Assembly: GCA_964016885.1 (NCBI GenBank)
Contig: OZ024741.1
Location: 209,870,001-209,934,000 of the forward strand
Direction of reading: 5' to 3'
DNA: 64,000 bases
Origin: Eledone cirrhosa
Taxonomy: Eukaryota
Every line of letters starts with the position of its first letter. Positions within the stretch are counted from its first letter, which is position 1. Shown here piece by piece: positions 13,386 to 25,510 of the stretch. Made by a program: the position numbers and the translations under genes. Under the pieces are notes generated by a model, which made no database searches, had not been told where the DNA came from, and saw only the letters and a list, made by a program, of their open reading frames with translations.

Positions 13386-13827
13386 CTGACGGTGTATTGG
13401 CAGTATCGGTAGAGGGTATTTATTTACTTACTCTTGGCGCAGCAGATTTGAAAAAAATTCCCGGTATAAAGTTAGCATTTCTTTGTTTTATTTTTTATAT
13501 ATGAATATTGATTGTTCCTTATATCTCATTCTGTTATTTTGCCCGAGAAAATATCTGTGTGTGTCATCAAATGTTGTACACACATAGATATTTTTTCAAT
13601 TTCCAATTGAGTTCTTAGTACGAGGGCTGAATTCCTTTCAGAGTTCATCGTCACGCGCATGTATTGTTTTTTTTTGGCGGTAATTCACTTCCTCACTTTA
13701 TGAATCAGTTCGAGCACTTCTTTCAGAACTGCTGGACTGGCTACCTGACAGATACCTCAGGCACAGAAAGTGATTATCGCTAAATGCTGATGTTGGTTAG
13801 ATTATCAATATTAGTATTATTGGGGCA

Positions 13828-13954
13828 CCCACTGACGACTTATAGGAGCCCACTTGAATATATATCTATTGATGGTATACAAGCTCCTACATAAATTGGT
13901 ATAATTTCACCCAAATTGTAGGAGTCCTATAATGAAACGAGACGTCCGTCTGGG
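13828..13954 (+). ncRNA. Type I hammerhead ribozyme with enlarged stem II (family A)
   Basis: CCCA-CTGACGA-(c)TTATAGGA...TCCTATAAT-GAAAC-GAGACGTCC-GTC-TGGG. Confidence 0.78.
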
Positions 13955-14530
13955 AAGAGATATATTAGATATGCCCATTTGAAATAATACAGCCAATTTT
14001 CCACGCAATACTTTTAGTTAGCACCCCGAACACATAATTGGGAATATAATCACTTATTTCCTAATGTTTGTTGAGTGAGTTGGAATTTGGCCGGAGTATC
14101 GCTAAAAAGCTTTCTCCGATATTGTATTTATTTACTTACTCTTGGCGCAGCAGATTTGAAAAAAATTCCCGGTATAAAGTTAGCATTTCTTTGTTTTATT
14201 TTTTATATATGAATATTGATTGTTCCTTATATCTCATTCTGGTATTTTTCCCGAGAAAATATCTGTGTGTGTCATCAAATGTTATACACACATAGATATT
14301 TTTTCAATTTCCAATTGAGTTCTGAGCACGTGGACTGAATTCTTTTCAGAGTTCAGTGTCATTCCTTTGTTTTTTTCTTGGCGGTAATTCACTTCCTCAT
14401 GTTTTGAATCAGTTCGAGCTCTTCTTTCAGAACTGCTGGACTGGCTACCTGACAGATACCTCAGGCACAGAAAGTGATTATCGCTAAATGCTGATGTAGG
14501 TTAGATTATCATATTAGTATTATTGGGGCA

Positions 14531-14657
14531 CCCACTGATGAATTATAGGAGCCAACTTGAATATATATCTATTGATGGTATACAAGCTCCTACATAAATT
14601 GGTATAATTTCACCCAAATTGTAGGAGTCCTATAATGAAACGAGACGTCCGTCTGGG
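14531..14657 (+). ncRNA. Type I hammerhead ribozyme with enlarged stem II (family A, best copy)
   Basis: Stem I CCCA/TGGG; core CTGATGA; stem II ATTATAGGA/TCCTATAAT (9 bp); GAAAC; stem III ACG/CGT; GUC site ending at 14653. Confidence 0.87.
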
Positions 14658-16201
14658 AAGAGTTATATTAGATATGTCTCATTTGAAATAATACAGCCAA
14701 TTTTCCACGCAATAGCACCCCGAACACATAATTGGGAATATAATCACTTATTTCCTAATGTTTGTTGAGTGAGTTGGAATTTGGCCGGAGTATCGCTAAA
14801 AAGCTTTCTCCGATATTGTATTTATTTACTTACTCTTGGCGCAGCAGATTTGAAAAAAAATCCCGATATAAAGTTAGCATTTCTTTGTTTTATTTTTTAT
14901 ATATGAATATTGATTGTTCCTTATATCTCATTCTGTTATTTTGCCCGAGAAAATATCTGTGTGTGTCATCAAATGATATACACACATAGATATTTTTTCA
15001 ATTTCCAATTGAGTTCTTAGCACGTGGACTGAATTCTTTTCAGAGTTCAGTGTCACGCGCATGTATTGCTTTGTTTTTTTTTTGGCGGTAATTCACTTCC
15101 TCATTATTTTAATCAGTTCGAGCACTTCTTTCAGAACTGCTGGACTGGCTACCTGACAGATACCTCAGGCACAGAAAGTGATTATCGCTAAATGCTGATG
15201 TTGGTTAGATTATCAATATTAGTATTATTGAAAAAAAATTCCCGGTATAAAGTTAGCATTTCTTTGTTTTATTTTTTATATATGAATATTGATTGTTCCT
15301 TATATCTCATTCTGGTATTTTGCCCGAGAAAATATCTGTGTGTGTCATCAAATGTTATACACACATAGATATTTTTTCAATTTCCAATTGAGATCTGAGC
15401 ACGTGGACTGAATTCTTTTCAGAGTTCAGTGTCACGCGCATGTATTGCTTTGTTTTTTTTTGGCGGTAATTCACTTCCTCATTTTTTTAATCAGTTCGAG
15501 CACTTCTTTCAGAACTGCTGGACTGGCTACCTGACAGATACCTCAGGCACAGAAAGAGATTATCGCTAAATGCTGATGTTGTTTAGATTATCAATATTAG
15601 TATTATTGGGGCACCCACTGATGAATTATAGGAGCCCACTTGAATATATATCTATTGATGGTATGTCTCATTTGAAATAATACAGCCAATTTCCCACGCA
15701 ATACTTTTAGTTAGCACCCCGAACACATAATTGGGAATATAATCACTTATTTCCTAATGTTTGTTGAGTGAGTTGGTATTTGGCCGGAGTATCGCTAAAA
15801 AGCTTTCTCCGATATTGTATTTATTTACTTACTCTTGGCGCAGCAGATTTGAAAAAAATTCCCGGTATAAAGTTAGCATTTCTTTGTTTTATTTTTTATA
15901 TATGAATATTGATTGTTCCTTATATCTCATTCTGGTATTTTGCCCGAGAAAATATCTGTGTGTGTCATCAAATGTTATACACACATAGATATTTTTTCAA
16001 TTTCCAATTGAGTTCTTAGTACGAGGGCTGAATTCCTTTGAGAGTTCATTGTCACGCGCATGTATTGTTTTTTTTTTGGCGGTAATTCACTTCCTCATAT
16101 TTTGAATCAGTTCGAGCACTTCTTTCAGAACTGCTGGACTGGCTAACTGACAGATACCTCAGGCACAGAAAGAGATTATCAATATTAGTATTATTGGGGC
16201 A

Positions 16202-16328
16202 CCCGCTGATGAATTATAGGAGCCCACTTGTATATATATCTATTGATGGTATACAAGCTCCTACATAAATTGGTATAATTTCACCCAAATTGTAGGAGTC
16301 CTATAATGAAACGAGGCGTCCGTCTGGG
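16202..16328 (+). ncRNA. Type I hammerhead ribozyme (family A)
   Basis: CCCG-CTGATGA-ATTATAGGA...TCCTATAAT-GAAAC-GAGGCGTCC-GTC-TGGG. Confidence 0.83.
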
Positions 16329-16905
16329 AAGAGATATATTAGATATTTCTCAATTGAAATAATACGGCCAATTTTCCACGCAATACTTTTAGTTAGCACC
16401 CCGAACACATAATTGGGAATATAATCACTTATTTCCTAATGTTTGTTGAGTGAGTTGGAATTTGGCCGGAGTATCGCTAAAAAGCTTTCTCCGATATTGT
16501 ATTTATTTACTTACTCTTGGCGCAGCAGATTTGAAAAAAATTCCCGGTATAAAGTTAGCATTTCTTTATTTTATTTTTTATATATGAATATTGATTGTTC
16601 CTTATATCTCATTCTGTTATTTTGCCCGAGAAAATATCTGTGTGTGTCATCAAATGTTGTACACACATAGATATTTTTTCAATTTCCAATTGAGTTCTGA
16701 GCACGTGGACTGAATTCTTTTCAGAGTTCAGTGTCATTGCTTTGTTTTTTTTTGGCGGTAATTCACTTCCTCATGTTTTGAATCAGTTCGAGCACTTCTT
16801 TCAGAACTGCTGGACTGGCTACCTGACAGATACCTCAAGCACAGAAAATGATTATCGCTAAATGCTGATGTTGGTTAGATTATCATTATTAGTATTATTG
16901 GGGCA

Positions 16906-17032
16906 CCCACTGATGAATTATAGAAGCCCACTTGAATATATATCTATTGATGGTATACAGGCTCCTACATAAATTGGTATAATTTCACCCAAATTGTAGG
17001 AGTCCTGTAATGAAACGAGACGTCCATCTGGG
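16906..17032 (+). ncRNA. Type I hammerhead (family A), mutated copy
   Basis: Same fold but ATC instead of GTC at the cleavage triplet and stem II substitutions. Confidence 0.65.
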
Positions 17033-17203
17033 AAGAGATATATTAGATATGTCTCATTTGAAATAATACAGCCAATTTTCCACGCAATACTTTTAGTTAG
17101 CACCCCGAACACATAATTGGGAATATAATCACTTATTTCCTAATGTTTGTTGAGTGAGTTGGAATTTGGCCGGAGTATCGCTGAAAAGCTTTCTCCGATA
17201 TTG

Positions 17204-17291
<88 letters not shown>

Positions 17292-17310
17292 TACAAATTA
17301 TATATATATA

Positions 17311-17840
17311 TATGGATGTATATATAATGTATTTTGCAATACACTTTATGCTTAATTAAAAGCATTTTGAAGACCGTATGCTATTGTTTTAGAGTTGTGA
17401 CAAATTCACTTACTTTAATCTCAGCAAACAGGGGAGATAAGCCGACAAGGGCCTTTATTTCGCTTTTGTTGAAGCTTATCAAGGCTAACTACCCCTCCTG
17501 TCTACTGAGATTACTGATGTTATATTCTTATAGAATTCTAGTAAATAATCAGGAGCTGATTATACAGAGCGATTGTTGGTCAGGCAGAAATTAAAAATTT
17601 AATTGGAGCTCTGAAATAGCAATATATATATGGATGTATATATAATGTATTTTGCAATACACTTTATACTTAATTAAAAGCATTTTGAAGACCGTATGCT
17701 ATTGTTTTAGAGTAGTGACAAATTCACTTGCTTTAATCTCAGCAAACAGTCTTCAAAATGCTTTTAATTAAGCATAAAGTGTATTGCAAAATACATTATA
17801 TATACATCCATATATATATTGCTATTTCAGAGCTCCAATT
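17311..17840 (-). mobile_element. Solo Penelope pLTR-like module: ~1.4 tandem copies of a 318-bp unit plus an inverted partial copy
   Basis: TGGATGTATATATAATG at 17313 and 17631; inversion from ~17749; homologous to the 312-bp unit at 25511 (GTCTTCAAAATG, GCTATTTCAGAGC, AATTTCTGCC.GACC). Confidence 0.7.
17416..17513 (-). ncRNA. Type I hammerhead with U3-A8 core (family B)
   Basis: Minus strand: AGCC-TTGATAA-GCTT..AAGC-GAAAT-AAAGGCCCTT-GTC-GGCT, closed by a 17-bp distal stem TAATCTCAGTAGACAGG/CCTGTTTGCTGAGATTA. Confidence 0.78.
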
Positions 17841-17842
17841 CT

Positions 17843-17881
<39 letters not shown>

Positions 17882-17885
<4 letters not shown>

Positions 17886-18790
17886 GTCTGCGTGTTAGTA
17901 TGTTTGTATGTCTATGTTTTTGTTTGTTTATCTACAAAAACGGGGTGGATAAAATAAGTACCAGAATTGAAATCAATAAGTACTGGTTGTCATTATAATC
18001 GAATAAATCAATGTAGTGCCGAACATAGCCGTGGTCGAATGACTGGAACAAGCAAAATAACAAAAATCAGAAAAAATAAAAAATCTTATACCCAACGTCG
18101 ATATTTAAAAATATAAAACAAAAATATGAAAGAGAATTCTTCCTGGCATATATAAGGGAAATAACTCTTATTAAACAGTTGGAAGAGTTTACTCCCTTAA
18201 TATTAAACATTTTTTTTTGCATTAGCTAAATAAATATTTCGTAACTGAGTTATTTAATGCAGAAGCTCGCTAGGACTCGAGAAGTAATTTATTTATGGCG
18301 TTCCATCTGTGACAATCTACTCATATTTTAAAGTTATCTAGACAGTCACCTAAAGTGTTGATTTCACTTCTCGTATGACATATATTCAATTGTTAGACAG
18401 GCAGATCGATATTAGTTTTCCTGACCAAGGCGTTATTTGTAGAGTATTATGGATTGCCCCCAGGCCACCAGGAAAACGTCTGAGAGGGGGGAGGGCAATC
18501 CCGAATAACATGTAGTACTGTCTGGTCAGGGTCCCCAAAGTTACATGCTGGACTGTCTTTCATTTTCCATCGATGGAGATGATGGGCTGTCCTGGCATGT
18601 GTTGTGTGGATCTGATAAAGGGACACCCATTGCTTTCTGGTGATGATGGTGGAGGTGTTGGTGGTAGTGGTGGTGGTGATGGTGGGGATGATGGTAATGG
18701 TGGTGATGGTAGTGATGGTGGTGGTGGTGGTAGTGGTTGTGGTGATAGTGGTGGTGATGGTGGTGGTGGTGATGGTGGTGGTGGTGATGA
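17882..18790. repeat. Composite segment duplicated at ~31130-32010 (unknown repeat + LINE 3' fragment + (GGT/GAT)n)
   Basis: AATTGTCTGCGTGTTAGTATG...GGACACCCATTGCTTTCTGG shared nearly verbatim. Confidence 0.85.
18445..18640 (-). pseudogene. Non-LTR retrotransposon C-terminal fragment (Ingi/Vingi-like zinc knuckle)
   Basis: RKQWVSLYQIHTTHARTAHHLHRWKMKDSPACNFGDPDQTVLHVIRDCP matches the W..L...RTGH....L..W....SP.C.CG...QT..H....CP pattern. Confidence 0.7.
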
Positions 18791-19055
18791 TCGACAAAAT
18801 ACAGTACCAGTAATGCACTGGATCCAATTTAATCGACTTTCTCCTCCCCTAAAATTGTTGGCTTTGTCTAATCAGAAACCACTATATTGGAGCGAATGGG
18901 CTGCATAACTGGGAGATGAAGGTGCACATAGTAGAGATAACCGTCGGGGTTAAGTCATCACATGTCGGCCTGGATTCTGATTTATACAGAACATGACATT
19001 TTGTTTCGAATCGTTGCAGGCATTACGACACACATGCACACACATGAACATTTAT

Positions 19056-19138
<83 letters not shown>

Positions 19139-19475
19139 ACTATGTATACGTACATACATATATATATATACAGACCTAAAATTATAATAAATGTTCGGTA
19201 AACCCATACGTACATATATATATATATATATGTGTGCATATATGTATACTACTGTACGTCTGTATACATATATGTATGTACGTATATATACCTACATTTA
19301 AGTAACAGCCGTACTTAGAATGATAAATGAAATTTCGTTTCATTCTTTTCCATTTATCGTTTTCGGTGCACCCGGCCGTTTAACCCACTCGATATGTAAA
19401 TTAGGCTGCTCAACAGTTAATATGCATAAGGAAAGTATATACTTTCAAACGCTCAATCATCTGGCAGGAAGGTAT

Positions 19476-19518
19476 ACGATGCTGACGATAGCTAATAAGC
19501 TTGAAACTAGCTTATCGT
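19476..19518 (+). ncRNA. Minimal hammerhead (family C), probably inactivated
   Basis: ACGATG-CTGACGA-TAGCTAATAAGCTT-GAAAC-TA-GCT-TATCGT; U16.1 replaced by C. Confidence 0.6.
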
Positions 19519-19778
19519 TCCTTTGTCAGTGTTGAACAAAAGGGCAACGATGGTTGCCGAACACTGTACGGCTTAATTCTGACTGTTTCTTTACAAACAA
19601 ACCGAAGATTATAATAAATGTTCGGTAAACCCCTACGTACATATATATGTGTGCATGTATGTATATATATACATACTACTGTACCTCGGTATACAGATAT
19701 GTATGTACGTATACATACTTATATTTAAGTATCAGCCCTACTAAGAGTGAAAAATGAAATTTCGTTTCATTCTTTTCC

Positions 19779-19846
<68 letters not shown>

Positions 19847-19996
19847 TTTGAGTATGTGTTGGTTGTTTACCGACACCTCAATATACAGGTTGGAACACTC
19901 AATGAATTACGCAGGTTGGTTTGTTTACTCCGGAGTAATGTAAAATAAAATGTGTAAGTCAAACATGTTAAAGTTGGCTTCGTTTATTCTAATTCA

Positions 19997-20049
19997 CTGC
20001 TATATATATTTCAGTGACAGCCATTATTGGCTGTGACCTCATCAGGCAG
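19997..20049 (-). ncRNA. Hammerhead (family D)
   Basis: Minus: CTGC-CTGATGA-GGTCACAGCC-AATAAT-GGCTGTCACT-GAAAT-ATAT-ATA-GCAG. Confidence 0.8.
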
Positions 20050-20175
20050 TAAGATATATGATTCCAGTTCCTTTGAGGACTAACAACACACCCAGGAGCT
20101 GGACATATCGATGAATTAACAGGGTAGAAAACATTAGAACATCATGTTTTCCTGTTTTTTCTACCTTAATTCTTA

Positions 20176-20228
20176 CTGCCTGATGAAGTCACAGCCAATA
20201 ACGGCTGTCACTGAAATGTATATAGCAG
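20176..20228 (+). ncRNA. Hammerhead (family D), inverted partner of 19997
   Basis: CTGC-CTGATGA-AGTCACAGCC-AATAAC-GGCTGTCACT-GAAAT-GTAT-ATA-GCAG. Confidence 0.8.
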
Positions 20229-20278
20229 CGAATTAGAATAAACGAAGCCAACTTCAACATGTTTGACTTACACATATT

Positions 20279-20363
<85 letters not shown>

Positions 20364-20434
20364 GTTCCTGTGCTAACTGGCAGATGGCAATATATTTTGC
20401 CGTTCCTGGGACTTTTTGCCATAGGAAAGGAAAA

Positions 20435-20517
20435 TGCTCTCTGATGATCTGAACTTTTCCATTGTAAGTCCCTAGGTATCTCCAATCTTTTGTGAAGTGA
20501 AACCGCCGGTAAAAGCA
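20435..20517 (+). ncRNA. Hammerhead with long stem II (family E)
   Basis: TGCTCT-CTGATGA-T...T-GAAAC-CGCCG-GTA-AAAGCA; homologue on minus strand at 54386. Confidence 0.65.
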
Positions 20518-20598
20518 AATGGAATAGGTATATATTTAAATTATATTTTTTTATTTATTTAAAAAAATTGTTTGAATCTTGCTTGCTCCGCTTATCTC

Positions 20599-20696
<98 letters not shown>

Positions 20697-20975
20697 GGAA
20701 ATCAGTAAAATCGAATCTCTGGCGGTTTGCAAGTAAATTCGGCCTACTTATATGAAATGATGAGTTAGTAAACACTCGATAAGATAGGACCTCAGAGTAA
20801 TAAATAGCTTGACAAATCGAACATTGTGGTAGGCGAAACTAACACACAATATATACCAAAGTAACGATAGAACTAATCAGGTTGAGAAAAGCACACCTGG
20901 ACAAATCAAACGAACAATCGTTTAAAGTGTTTCTTTGAATCCGAAATCAAATATCAGACTTACGTGAATGGCAAG

Positions 20976-21168
<193 letters not shown>

Positions 21169-21294
21169 ATGCACATATATATATATATATATGATTTTAT
21201 TTTTAAAAAAGTAAACATAGAACAAAAAACAGAAAAACGAAGAGGCAATACAAATGTCATTATTATTAGTTTCACGCTTGAGAGTGGGGGTGGG

Positions 21295-21339
<45 letters not shown>

Positions 21340-21607
21340 AGAGGCAATAAACATAAAATTAAATAGAAAATATGAGTGGAACAGCAACATCACAACTTAC
21401 AATTAAGGACAAAATGAAAACACACACACACATAGAACAAACAACCAACCGGTAACATGTAAATAAAAAAATAAATAAACAAATATAAACACACACAGAC
21501 ACCCGGATGTGGCGCATGCGCAGACTGAGCACACAACACACACACAGAAACAAAATGGCGTAGGACAGAACAAAGGAGAGACACAAAAACAAATAAAATA
21601 ATCCCCA

Positions 21608-21650
21608 GTCACTGAAGAGGTCACAGAATGTGTGACGAAAGAACTTTGAC
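21608..21650 (+). ncRNA. Hammerhead with an extra core nucleotide (family F)
   Basis: GTCA-CTGAAGA-G-GTCACA-GAATG-TGTGAC-GAAAG-AA-CTT-TGAC. Confidence 0.7.
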
Positions 21651-21938
21651 AATATATAAACAACTATCTGGTTGTGGAACCAACCAACCAACCAGAAATT
21701 TATAAATTCCTAAATTTATAAATTTATTATAATAAATTGAAGTGAAAGCAGCTGGTGCGTGTGTTTCTTATTGGCAACATGACCCTCCCAAAGTATAACA
21801 ATATCGGTTTCAACACACGATTTCAGATAAAGAATCTTGCTAAACAAATTCAGAAACGAAATATATATATATATATATAAACATATAAATTTATGTAAGC
21901 AAGTATATATGCATACATTTATATACATACATAAATAT

Positions 21939-22373
21939 ACTAGACCTGAAAAATGCGCAAGCTCAAAAGAGCCACAGAATGTTATAATAAACCTTCAAAA
22001 GTGTGGGACTAGAGTTGTTGCTCAAAATATTGTAATCATTATCTATCGTACACTCTGTGGCATCCTTTTATAAAAAAGAGACTCATAACGAACTCAAGAC
22101 GACACGATAATTATTTAAGCTAATGTTCAATATCTCATATTAGATGTTTAGTAATGATTAATACGAAATGCCCTAAAACCGATTTCTATATTATAAATAA
22201 TTATCGTGTCGTCTTGAGTTCATTATGAGTCTCTTTTTTATAAAAGGATACCACAGAGTGCACGATAGATATTGATTACAATATTTTTGAGCAACAACTC
22301 TAGGCCCACACCTTTGAAGGTTTATTATAACATTATGTGGCTCTTTTGAGCTTGCGCATTTTTCAGGTCTAGT
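21939..22373. mobile_element. MITE-like or foldback element with ~178-bp diverged inverted arms
   Basis: ACTAGACCTGAAAAATGCGCAAGCTCAAAAGAGCC at left; GGCTCTTTTGAGCTTGCGCATTTTTCAGGTCTAGT at right; ~80-bp spacer. Confidence 0.7.
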
Positions 22374-22925
22374 TTAATATTTTTTTAAGGCAACGCTTGT
22401 AATAACTTTAGTTAAACATGATATATATTAATAATAAATTATCGTTGTAATGTAATTAGATTATATAATTATTATTTTATAAATGATCTTATAAATATTA
22501 TTGTAAGATGTATAAAAATATTTTCAGACTTTTGATAGTTAATATAAATTAAAAAAAATCGTATATAAATTAACAATATAATTTACCAAAACAAGAAAAA
22601 TATTTTAATGATAAAACGACGAAATACTGGAGGAACATTCGAAAGCGAAACGATAAATAAACATGGAAACAAAGTGGCGGATGCTTTTGAGCAACAATTA
22701 CTCTCGTTGGTTGATTAGCCAATAAGACGATGAAATTAGCCAATAAGACGATACCCCTTGAAATTTTTATTCACAAGCTACGCATGTATGTCATGTCACA
22801 AACAATGTCACAAGACACACAGACTTAAACCATTCTGTTGTTAGTCACTGCGTGTCTAACAGATATATTTCTTATACACATATGCATGTTTGTAAGCAAA
22901 TCTGAATGTATATATATATATATGA

Positions 22926-22995
<70 letters not shown>

Positions 22996-23017
22996 GAATG
23001 TATATATATATATATAT

Positions 23018-24445
23018 AAGCCTAATGAAATACTTTCTTATGTTAGTCCCAATTCTAACCACCCCAAATCTATGATAAGCTCTATAATTAAGGGTGTATC
23101 TAATAGGATTTCCACACTCTCTAAGGACGTAGGAACATTTAATGAACATGCGGAGTACTATAATAATGCCCTAGCTAATTCCGGTTACTCTAGTAAAATA
23201 CATTATAATAATAGTAACCTTAGAAAGTCTCCGCTTACTTATAATAATAATAACATAATATCCCATAACATGGCCATGAATGGGAGTAGGAAGCATAATA
23301 ATCGTAGAAATTACATAGGTGTATCTGAACCCATCCATAAGTTAACCCACCGGACTCCTAATAGGGAATATAATACCTCTAGGAATCAAGTCGAACCCTC
23401 TGAGCGCTCACTCATTGGTGATGATTTTGGTAGATCTAATTCTGATAATGTTGTTTCTACTGATCCTATTATTGGCCCTAATCCTTTTGATAGGATTCCA
23501 GACAGCAGCAGATCTACTAGAGGTAGAAACAGTAAGAGATTTAATGGAATTTTGGCTGATTCTAATAATGCGGTTTTAACTAATCCTTGTAATAACCTTA
23601 GTCTTTATAATGGGATATTAGATAATGGTAGAGTCGGAAAGGATAAAAATAGAAGGAGAGTAAATACTTATTTTAACCCGCCATATAATCAGGAAGTATT
23701 AACTAATATCCCTAGGTCTTTCTTTTCTATCTTAGAGAAAAATTTCCCCCCTTCTCATAAATACCATAGTATTTTTAATAAAAATGTTATTAAACTTTCA
23801 TTCTCTACCACCCCTAATATTAGTTCTCATTTAGCTAGCACTAACAATAGGAAAATTAGGGATGGATACTCCTCTCTACATACTACTAGTCTGAACAGAT
23901 CTGCAAATGCCTTACCACCAGAGCAGACCTTATCTAATAGTAATCCTACGTGTAATGCATCACTACTTCAGCCAATCAATAGCACCGGGAAGTGTAACTG
24001 TAGAGTGAGTGCTAACTGCCCTTTAAACGGTAACTGCCTGTCTAAGAACATCGTCTATGCTTGCGTAGTTATAACTAATTCCTCTAATAGAACTTATATA
24101 GGCTCTACATCTAACACTTTTAAGACTAGGTTTAATTCTCATATCTCTAATTTCAAATATGTTAAGTTTAAGAATTCTACTTCTTTAGCACACTATATCT
24201 GGGATCTTAAGGGGGCTAATATACCATATAGCCTTAATTGGCGTTTAATAGCACGCTCTAATAACCTTTCTACACATACTAAATTTTGTAATCTCTGTAT
24301 CCTCGAGACACACTCTATAATTTTCTCTAGTGAATCCTTGCTTAATAGAAAGTCTGAGATATTCTCTTCTTGCCCCCACGCTATTTCTAATTCTTACTTT
24401 TATTATAAACCTAAAGGTTCTAGTAGTGTAAATTGTATCCATTAG
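23018..24445 (+). pseudogene. 5'-truncated Penelope-like element ORF: end of RT, linker, zinc finger, GIY-YIG endonuclease
   Basis: [39 protein letters not shown]...YIG, FKTRFNSH, CNLC; the ORF-track N-terminus is (TA)n read-through. Confidence 0.92.
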
Positions 24446-25510
24446 CTGATATATTCCATTACTTATTTTTTAGTTTAGGTTCTTTTTGTTTATCATCATT
24501 ATTATCATTGGTTTTTGACAACTTTTTATTCTAGCTCTCATAATCTTTTGGCTACTATACCATATCTATCTTCTTACACATTAAATTTTCACTATTAACA
24601 CCTTATGAGTATATATCTGATTATATATTTTATATTATTTTATTTTATTTCATTTTATTTTATTTGGATTCTTCTTTGGATACCACCCCCATGCACACAT
24701 AAACTTATTGCCAACCCCTTCAAATATATTATGAATATATTTAATCCCCCCCTCTTTTATGCTCCTTTCTATTATATAATACAGTATATTGATTATGATT
24801 TTATGTTCCTTTGTATCCTTCATACATTTCTTTTTTTCTGTCCCTATTAGCCTACCATAATTCTGCTTAAGTCAGTTTTTTAGATATCGTTATGTAAATG
24901 ATAGTAAAATATTTCATTCCTTTATATATATATTTATAGTGAAATATTAATGTTTAGGAATTTTGATTACTTAAACCATAGCTAATATTGTATTGCCTTA
25001 TTAGGTATTTTAAATATTTTCAATATTAATTTATCAAACAGGGTTTTCTAGTCATTTATCTGGGTTGTTTCCTAAGTTTTTACTTAATTGCATGTGAGAC
25101 CTAAGTAAATACTTTTGTTTTTGTTTTTTAATTTCCGGTTGATTTTATTTATTTATTTATTAATACTACTGTGCATAGTATTTTCTGTCTGGCCCTTATT
25201 CACTCATTCACATATGTGTCTGTTCACCAACCTTGTAATTATAAGTAATTATATATTATATTATGTTCATTATTTTGTATTGAAGTTGTTATTGTACTAT
25301 TGATCCTTATTACTTACCGATGATTTTATGTACCACTATGATATGTTAAATTTTATATATCATGTAAGATGTTTATATTTTTGTACCATCATAATTTTGG
25401 GTATTGTACAATTTATATTTTTTTCTCACCTACTCTGTAACTCTATATGAATTGATTTGTTAACTTACATGCCATTACATATTATATATTATTATATTAT
25501 TATTATTATA

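Larger units (their letters stand above)
12055..17205 (+). repeat. Tandem ~700-bp hammerhead-containing array (retrozyme-like or pLTR-like), interrupted at 12322-13417
   Basis: Hammerhead positions 13828, 14531 (+703), 16202, 16906 (+704); internally deleted monomers near 15230 and 15663; the repeated 75-aa ORFs mark the units. Confidence 0.92.

Noticed and set aside
14068-16670. 75-aa ORF repeated in the 700-bp unit
   Set aside because: TTG start, no domain signature; cannot be supported as coding
20735-20790. SECIS-like or hammerhead-like hairpin
   Set aside because: Helix after ATGA is only 4 bp and there is no GAAA core
22838-23017. N-terminus of the 535-aa ORF
   Set aside because: Read-through of (TA)n; Penelope homology begins at KPNEIL
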